Shown here in pieces: positions 55,893 to 64,000 of a stretch of 64,000 bases of DNA. Location: assembly GCA_951406725.2 (NCBI GenBank), contig OX597821.1:37944001-38008000 (forward strand). The letters are read 5' to 3'. Numbering within the stretch: position 1 is the stretch's first letter; each line of letters begins with the position of its first letter. The translations under genes and the position numbers were made by a program. This DNA comes from Octopus vulgaris. Taxonomy: Eukaryota. The notes under the pieces were generated by a model, which was given only the letters and a program-made list of their open reading frames with translations, was not told where the DNA came from and ran no database searches.

Positions 55893-56298
55893 AGGAGTGG
55901 CTGTGTGGTAAGTAGCTTGTTTACCAGCCACATGGTTCCGGGTTCAGTCCCACTGCGTGGCACCTTGGGCAAGTGTCTTCTACTATAGTCTCAGGCCAAC
56001 CAAAGCCTTGTGAGTGGATTTGGTAGACGGAAACTGAAAGAAGCCCGTCGTATATATGTATATATATATATATATGCGTGTTTGTGTGAGTGTGTTTGTC
56101 CCCCTAGCATTGCTTGACAACCGATGCTGGTGTGTTTATGTCCCCTTTACTTAGCGGTTCGGCAAAAGAGACCGATAGAATAAGTACTGGGCTTACAAAA
56201 GAATAAGTCCCGGGGTCGAGTTGCTCGATTAAAGGCGGTGCTCCAGAATGGCCGCAGTCAAATGACTGAAACAAGTAAAAGAGTAAAAGAGAAAAGAG
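55893..56298 (+). mobile_element. SINE family B, full copy (tRNA-like head, CORE-like ccttgggcaagt segment, AAAAGAG tail)
   Basis: A box gtggctgtgtggtaa, B box gggttcagtccc, internal (TA)/(TG) tract, tail gtaaaagagtaaaagag. Confidence 0.85.
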
Positions 56299-56779
56299 AA
56301 TACATATAAATATATACCTGTGTGTGTGTGTATAAAGTTTTTCTTTGCCAATTGTTTGCGTTATTCTTGTGCGTTCTTCAACGGTTTTTCACTAATGATT
56401 CTATCTAAATATTCAAAGATTGTGACTTTCTTAGGTTTCTAAGTGTCAAAATAATTCTATTCATCCCACGTTTTTCTATTGGTAAAACAGACGCCGATTT
56501 TCTGAAAACACTATTTGCAATTAATCTAGCTTTTCAGAGTCAATAATCGAAACGATTTTTGTATTTGATTTTTGTGTTAAGGAATACGTTATGAACATTT
56601 CTATGCAAAGTATTGCTATATTTCAGGTAATGACGTTGTTTTTTCTGTTCTCCATCAAATATTTATATCGCCTTTCGGCAGTAGGCATTCCAAAACTGGC
56701 TGACTCTAGCGATATCATCCCGATGCCATGTACTGTGTCACTATTTTATGGCATAGAAGTTCTGTGGGGAAATAGAATG

Positions 56780-58980
56780 CAGAATTTATTCAGGGCAATT
56801 ATATATGCCTGAGAGTATTTCCTAAATTAAAATCTAGAAGTGGGGAAATCCAGATGTATGATACACTTATAGGACCTGTGAATCAGGACTTCTTGAGGAA
56901 AGCAAATAAGTGTCTGCTTTACTAGGGATATTAGGAATTTTTAATTACACATTTCTGGGCATCAATCACGAGTCGAGTCAACCGAACAACGTGCTGGCGA
57001 AAGGCCTCACACATCTGGCTGGAATCACTCAGCCCGTGTCCGTCTCGGTCCGTCAAAGACCGAATTGTGGTTTTTCTTACCACGCTGCGCATCCGCCACA
57101 TCGGCCCATCGAACAGCTTTGATCCCCTAGTTTCTTAGAGCATGCGCTTTAGCTCTGACAATGCATCGTTCCTGTTTCGCATTGAAGAACTGGTCTAATG
57201 TCATTCTCGCTGCTAGCACGTCGGTTGCAATTCCACTACAAATATTCTCATCCCGTTTAGGTGCCAACCCCTCCACCTATTTTTTTCTAACGCCACTTCT
57301 TTGCTAAACCCTATTATTGTAATCTTTCTTTTGAGAGTCGGCCACCACCTGTTGTTGATGGCCCCGCCTGTCAAATTCTGCTTAACTAAATTGTTAACCC
57401 GGTCCCTGTAAGCCTTACGTACCGGAAAGGACATGTTCAGCTTCCAGTACCCGGGTTCTGACCTACGCATCTTATCTAGGTTGACCGTACAGATTACAAT
57501 CTTATGATCTGAATTGGCGACCGTTTAAAATAAATGGACATCCTACACTATTACTATCGACTTTCCTAGCGAAAATTCTATCTATATGCGATTTAGCTGA
57601 CCCTAAGCAGTTGATCCAGGTCAACATTGGCGCATTAAGGAAATCTCGTCGGTTAGATAGTTGAAACTGGCTGATCAGGTGCTTGAGGCTCTTGTACCCC
57701 GCTCTTTTATCAGCTACTCCCACACAATCCTAGCTCTGGTCTAATACTCCATCCCAGCCCCACCCCCACTAACAGTAAAGGGCGAGACGTACCTAGAAAA
57801 TCTTTCAGGCCCCCAAAGAAATTCAACCGTTTGGCTCTGGTAGACGGCCACCAGGGAAAAGACACTACCTTCACTATTGCTCACGTCCAGGACCGCCAAA
57901 TTTCCGTCCGATTCGAGTAAATCCACCTTGCGTCGAGATCCAGTTCTTTCCTAAACAGCACGGACACTTCACCTCCCATTCCCAGCCCACTAACAGATGC
58001 AAAGATTTGATAGTCGTTGAACAAGGAGGCCAGTGTGCGTGTATTAGAAATCCTAGTCTCACTAGCAGCAATTACATGCTGTTCTAAACACCTAAGGTCG
58101 TTGAGCAGGCACCCTTGCTTCCAGGGCGACCCTAGGCCTCGAACATTTAAAATTCCTACTCTTAATACGGCCATGTTAGCAAGCTAAAGGGAGAAGGGAA
58201 AGGTCTGCTTACCTCCCGGTGTCTTGTGAAGGCCGAGTGGTTCGACTTTCATAACTGGTGGGTTTTTTTGGGAACCCTTTTAAGAGGTTCGATGTGGGTC
58301 TCACGTTCACCGTTCCCACGTCCCCAGGAAAGCTTTCTCCAATTGTACAGGAACTGAGCAACATTCGCACCAGAAGCAAATCTTCTGGTGCACAAAATAT
58401 GACCGATTCGAAAATCACACCCCGTGCTTATGTGTGTATTTTTGTTTGGTCTGAGGCGGGTGGGAGAGCTCCCTTCGTTTTCCCATAGAGTGGTTAATGT
58501 CTTTGGATCTTCGTTTGTTGTTGCTGGTGGTTTTGCCAGTGCTGGTGCTGCTTGTGGTCCTCATCCTGGTGCAGGCAGCAGTGGAGGCCTCTGACCCCTT
58601 GCACTTTTTACCAATTTGGGGCAGCAAACTCGCAAGGAATAGTTTCTCTACAATCAAAACAATGCAGCCTGTTGGCATCAGTCATTATGTATGTCCCCGT
58701 CCCGTTCTGGAGACGGATGTTGTCTGGGTGTTTTTTTTATGTTTTCGGACCTAATCTGGAGAAGTATCTCCAGTTCAACCCCGGACCAGTCATCCCTGGC
58801 AGTTCTTCTCCACTCCATCGGGACGGTACCCATGCCCTCCACAATTACACATCCTAGAAGCCGCAACATATAAAGTCCTGGTGAGATCCTAGGAATGCAG
58901 ACACATGCTATACGCTTCCCCATGTGGGAGGGGTACATAATGACTTTTCTGGTTTGGCATGTTTCTACTATAGACACACT
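56780..58980 (-). mobile_element. Degraded Tx1/L1-clade non-LTR retrotransposon (ORF1 remnant plus ORF2 APE domain)
   Basis: ORF2 start at 58174: MAVLRVGILNVRGL...IAASETR...GGEVSVLF; then LVAVY, TW...SHIDRIF, SDHK and GYWKLN. Upstream remnants are GC-richer; interrupted at about 58980 by a SINE. Confidence 0.8.
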
Positions 58981-58984
58981 GTCT

Positions 58985-59353
58985 GGATTTTGTGGGGAGG
59001 GGACAGTCGATTACATCGACCCCAGTACTCAACTGGTACTTAATTTATCGAACTCGAGGGGATGAAAGTCAAAGTTGATCTCGGAGGAATTTGAACTCAG
59101 AACGTAACGACGGGCGTAATATATATTTATTACCCACAAGGGGCTAAACATAGAGTCGAAAAACAAGGACAGACATAGATATTAAGTCGATTACATCGAC
59201 CCCAGTGCGTAACTGGTACTTAATCTATCGACCCCGAAAAGATGAAAGGTAAAGTCGACCTCGGCGGAATTTGAACTCACAACGTAACGGCAGACGAAAT
59301 ACCGCCGAGCATTTCGCCGGGCCTGCTAACGATTCTGCTAGCTCGCCACCTTA
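58985..59353 (-). mobile_element. SINE family A dimer
   Basis: Head at 59352, unit with tail ...gccccttgtgggtaata, then a headless second unit with the alternative tail. Confidence 0.85.
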
Positions 59354-60914
59354 ACAACAACATGTATGTATGCAGATATACACTTGTCAATTGCACTCAA
59401 ACAAGGAAAACTAAACGTCGCCACAGTCTTCTTAAATGCAATCGCTCTGAGACTTACAGAGATGCCATTCAACCACGATAGTAGGGATGCTTAACTACGG
59501 GGAACCACTTTTATGCCATCGTCTATTAAGATAAGTAGTCCTATTAAATTGATATTTCTCCAAAACTCTATTTGGCGATGCTCCAGCTTTTTGACATATT
59601 TCCAATCCCTAAGATTAAAGCCAGATATATATGTTATCGAGAACCTATGGATTACACATACACACACACACACATACGGGCGTGCGCGCGCATAGCTGTT
59701 CATATATAATGATGAATGTGTAGTATGACAATAGCTGTGTAGTTCCTTGTTGTCTCTCCTCCCCACCAAATTCATTAATTTAATCTCTGGTTCTGATACC
59801 GTGATTATATCCAGTTTAAATTTCTTCCTCTCTGAGCTTGATTTCTTTCATCGATTTCAATAAATATTGTCGGTCATTTATTCTTGTGTTCCAGTTGTAC
59901 TGAATCCCGATGTTTCATCCAATACTAACATGTATTAAGACATATATTGATGTCATTCTGCATGTCACGCAAATACTCTTCAACACACTCCAGCCCTGTT
60001 ACCACCGTTAGACTCGACATTTAGTCCCCTTAAAAATTACAAGCTTGTCGCTAGTTGAAAATAGTTAAATATGCCTTTATACAATGTAATTATTGGTAAT
60101 TACACATTTTGAAACTTTCAAATACTGTCTCTCTATGAAGTAGTAAACTATAATGGTTCATGTTGAAATATGGTTAAAATTCTTAGCAGGTGGGAAAGTC
60201 GCGTTTATTAATTCCAACAGTATCAGTACTTTAGTCATTAGAATGATAAGTGCTCGTATATCAAAAGAGTAGTTTATTTTCATAAGGGATTGCTAGTACG
60301 CAGTAAATGCAACAACTAGTTTCGTTTGGAGACAGGTGGACGGCAAAAGGAGTTACAATAAAATCTGCAATTAAGAAACAATTGGTGATAACCCAATGTA
60401 AATAAAGTATGTCAAGTAAAAGAGCTCTGGACCATTGAGGTAGGATCCATGTGGTTCATTGAGCAACTAGAAATAGCATCCACAGCGTCCTAAAATCACG
60501 CTGTCCTTTAAGTAGAAATGATACATCGAATAATGTAAATACACTCTAAATACACGGAATGGCCACGGCTGAAAAACAAGCCTACTCGATGAAGTGGGCC
60601 TACACGAGGATAAGAACGCCAACAACAACAATAATCTATAAACTTAATCTGTGAAGAACAGAAAATTACAAACGAAATACTAAGACATAATGTTGAAAAT
60701 ATATTTCATTGCATGATATTTAAATTGGCATTTTCTATTTCCATACCTATACCAATTTTGAAATATAAAAATGGTCCAAGTCTTTTGGGAAATATTCTTT
60801 TAATTTCTTCAAAACATAGTTTCAGGTCAGACATGGTAGAAGAATTGAAGAATTTACATTCTGATATTTAAAAATTTTGTATTTAAATCTCGGTAGGTTA
60901 GATTTCTAGCTAAG

Positions 60915-61293
60915 CAGCCCGAAATTTTGGGGGAGGGCGCCAGTCGATTAGATGGATCCCAGCACGCAACTGGTACTTAATTTATCGACCCCGAGAGGAT
61001 GAAAAGCAAAGTCAACTTCGCCAGAATTTGAAGTTAAAACATAAAGTCAGACGAAACACCTATTTCTTTATTACCCACAAGGGGCTAAACATAGAAGGGA
61101 CAAACAAGGACAGACATAGGTATTAAGTCGATTACATCGACTCCAGTGCGTAACTGGTACTTAATTTATCGACCCCGAAAGGATGAATGGTAAAGTCGAC
61201 CTCGGCGGAATTTGAACTCACAACGTAACTGCAGACGAAATACCGCTAAGCATTTCGCCCGACATGCTAACGTTTCTACCATCTCTCCGCCTT
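60915..61293 (-). mobile_element. SINE family A dimer
   Basis: Same architecture as 58985-59353; junction ...aagaaatag|gtgtttcgtctg on the minus strand. Confidence 0.85.
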
Positions 61294-62004
61294 AGTGGTT
61301 GGCAAATATTACGATGACTATTATATTGAATATGGCCCGTTCCTTCTCTCTGGTCATTCGACAACAGCAATTAAATCTACTACTACTAGATTTGACATGG
61401 TGCTACTTCTTGTCCTCCTATTGAATATTATAGTTCACCCTATTTATATCCCGTAATAAACACTTGGTTCTTCACTCCTTTGATACTCTGACCACCATCA
61501 ACCCAGAAAAGTGTTACTTGAATTTCAACCATATTGATCTAACTAATCAATGTAGGCCTGGAAAGGTTAAGGCCGTTAATCCTCACCCACATAATTTATA
61601 TTTCTCTAGTGTATTAGATTAGTCTCAATTTCTTTTCTCTTTCGTTTTATGTCTTATGAAATGTTATTCGATAAAATAATTCGACAAATGATTTGGCATA
61701 AATAATTGAGATGAATTTTATACACGTGCGAAGTATGATTAATTATTCCATATTTCCTGATAAACATCACGATAGCTTATGAAAAACAGCTAATAAATTA
61801 TTTCGAATCACCTCTGTTCAATAATTCATTCTAAATTCAGACCAATAGATTCAAAACAGTTACGTCAAATTTTCAAATTTTAGATTTAATCACTTTATAT
61901 ATTATTTTAATGAAAGCAGTCGAGCCAAATAAAGCTGATTTAATTAGACATTACATCAATATATATTTCTATTATCAAAATTAAAATTTTCTTTTCTATT
62001 ACAG

Positions 62005-62295
62005 TAACGAAGCCTCGAATCGTGGATTTTAAGAACAAACGCGTGAATCCCGGAGAATATACGGTTTTCAACTGCACTATTTCAGCCTTTCCTACTCCTC
62101 GGCGAAACGATATTACTCTCAAGAGCTCTGTTAAGAAACAAATTACATTAAGTGAATCTCACGAACTAAAAACATTCAAAAATAGTCGGGCCAATATTTT
62201 TAAAGTAAATTCTGTGGCCCAAAATGAGAAATATACATGTTATATGGATGGCGAGTCTGGTAAGACGTCTCTTACGATTCCTGTCGACCTGTATG
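62005..62295 (+). CDS. Ig-like domain exon: VTKPRIVDFKNKRVNPGEYTVFNCTISAFPTP...EKYTCYMDGESGKTSLTIPVDLY; gene continues past the window
   Basis: Acceptor ttttctattacag|, donor G|gtgagt, 291 nt, phase 1-1. P-x-I, V..GE....NC...A.P.P and Y-x-C motifs give the two canonical Ig Cys. Confidence 0.9.
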
Positions 62296-62372
62296 GTGAG
62301 TCTTTTCTTTTTTAAGTTTCATTGGAATTTTTTTTGAAAGTTTACAGATGTAATCACCTCTAATATAGATTC

Positions 62373-62533
62373 CAAGGCCAGAAATTTCGGGCGTTGGATA
62401 ACTGGTACTTATTTTATCGACTGCAAAGAGATGACAGGTGATGTCGATCCTGGCGGTATTTGAATTCAGAACGTAAAGTCGAAAGAAATGCCCCTAAGCA
62501 TTTTGTCCGTAACGATTCTTCTAGCTCGCCGTT
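62373..62533 (-). mobile_element. Degraded SINE family A copy
   Basis: aactggtacttattttatcgac...ttgaattcagaacgtaa...ctagctcgccg. Confidence 0.65.
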
Positions 62534-62789
62534 TTAGTCATCTCTAGGAATGATTCTATATTTTAAAGTGAGTCTTGTAATAAAAATGCCAGTAAATATG
62601 TCTGAGCTTTACTTCTCAAGAACGAAATCTCTCTTACATAGCATTGTAGTTCAGAAGGGTGTTCGCTTTTTGTCTGAAACTCCAACAATATTCAATATTA
62701 CAATTTCAGAAATAAACAGTTTCAGTGCCGACGTCTATTCGAATCACTACATCTCTTTATACTCCTATCAGTATCACACTTTGGACATT

Positions 62790-63160
62790 TTGTTTATGGC
62801 ACGCAGCTCATTAAAAGTATGAAGTACACCTCTTAGAAACATTAGTAAGAGACAAGCGATGACGATATTCAGAAACGTCTTGCTGCTTGCATAATTCAGG
62901 AGCATCAGCTCAGACTAATTGGTCATGTAGTACGATTTTCAGTATTGTATTCTGCATAACGTGTCCTCTTCTCTGAGGATCTGGCTGGGGTGACGGTTAT
63001 TAGTCGGCTACGTGCCACATAGTCACGGTGTTTAGGCAAATCTTCTCACCAAGAAGGGGACTGACAACGACATTGCTCGGAATGTTTCCAGGGACGAGCA
63101 GAGAAAATACCGACAAAAAGAGGTTGTAGCGACACGCTTCACTCATACCTGACCTGGCCT
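62790..63160 (+). mobile_element. Degraded 3' end of an RTE-clade LINE
   Basis: IIQEHQLRLIGHVVRF resembles the RTE C-terminal R.RQLR..GHV.R motif; ends in atacctgacctg. Confidence 0.5.
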
Positions 63161-63719
63161 TTTACAAACAATAAATTGTTTAAATTAGACCATTCGTTAT
63201 ATACTTTCCTAATTAGTGAAAGTCAATCACCTTGTGCAATAGTCGTAATTGAAAATATTGATAGCTGTTTAATGGGACGTTTTATATCACGTTTTCTTCT
63301 ATTTTTTGAAATGCTAACTTTACTTCCTTTAGAAATTCTTGCACAAGTTCCCATCAAGACTGATCTGTAAATCATGCAGAAATTGTTAAATTTATTGATC
63401 TCTATCGTGCTTCACAAATGCCCTACATTTGTTGACAAATAGAAATACAATAGTGTGCTGTCCTTATAGGTCCCAAAGGTTTAACAGGCGTCATTGAAAT
63501 AATTATCGTTCAACGAAGAATGAGAAGATTTTCACAATCTCAGCTGAAATACTCAAGAAGCTATTAAATAATTGATTCCACTGCTAAGAAATTGGTTTCT
63601 GTATCAGATTATCCCAATGAAATTTCAACTCCGGTTGTACTGAAACTAAATTAAGTACAGCAAATCGTTTAACAAGACACTCTCAGTGTTTGAGTTGTTA
63701 ATGTCCTTTCAAATATTAA

Positions 63720-63932
63720 CGCGGCAAGCTGCTGGCAGAATCATTTGCACGTCAGGCAGAATGTCCAGCAGCATTTCGTCCATTTTTACGTTCTGAGTTC
63801 ATATGGCGCCGGGATCGACTTTACCTTTCATCCTTTCAAGGTTGATTAAACAAGTAGCAGCTGACCAATGGGGTCGATGTATTTGGCTTATCTTCTTCCC
63901 AGAAACTGCAGACCACGTGCCAAAATTCGAAA
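63720..63932 (+). mobile_element. SINE family A copy (alternative tail)
   Basis: gctggcagaatc...gttctgagttca...cctttcatcctttc...gtgccaaaattcgaaa. Confidence 0.7.
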
Positions 63933-64000
63933 CGAAAATCTTAAAAAATTTTCTTTACTTAAAATACAATAGTGTTATGGTTCTACGCTCGATCTCTCTT

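Overview
AT-rich, microsatellite-dense eukaryotic genomic DNA; the SINE families and (TA)n density suggest an octopus/coleoid cephalopod (inference, not searched). The whole window is the 5' part of one large + strand gene. Six confidently joinable coding exons (128-221, 10041-10199, 21825-22058, 28026-28163, 52828-52974, 62005-62295) are separated by GT-AG phase-1 introns. They give about 354 aa: signal peptide - EGF-like(8 Cys) - kringle - EGF-like - EGF-like - Ig-like, and the gene continues beyond the window (probably a cell-surface receptor ectodomain). The introns hold decayed mobile elements: a full-length mariner, hAT, Tigger/pogo-like MITE, R4/Dong, HERO-like, Tx1/L1, RTE and APE-LINE fragments, a Naiad-like Penelope-like element, and three SINE families. 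Less obvious signals are seven type I hammerhead-ribozyme-like motifs (one in a 354-bp terminally redundant, retrozyme-like unit) and a SINE that appears to target G(G/A)TAT sites, including one in its own body, so that it builds head-to-tail multimers. Most ORFs in the supplied track are microsatellite artefacts. No database searches or folding computations were run; all family names are from motif recognition.
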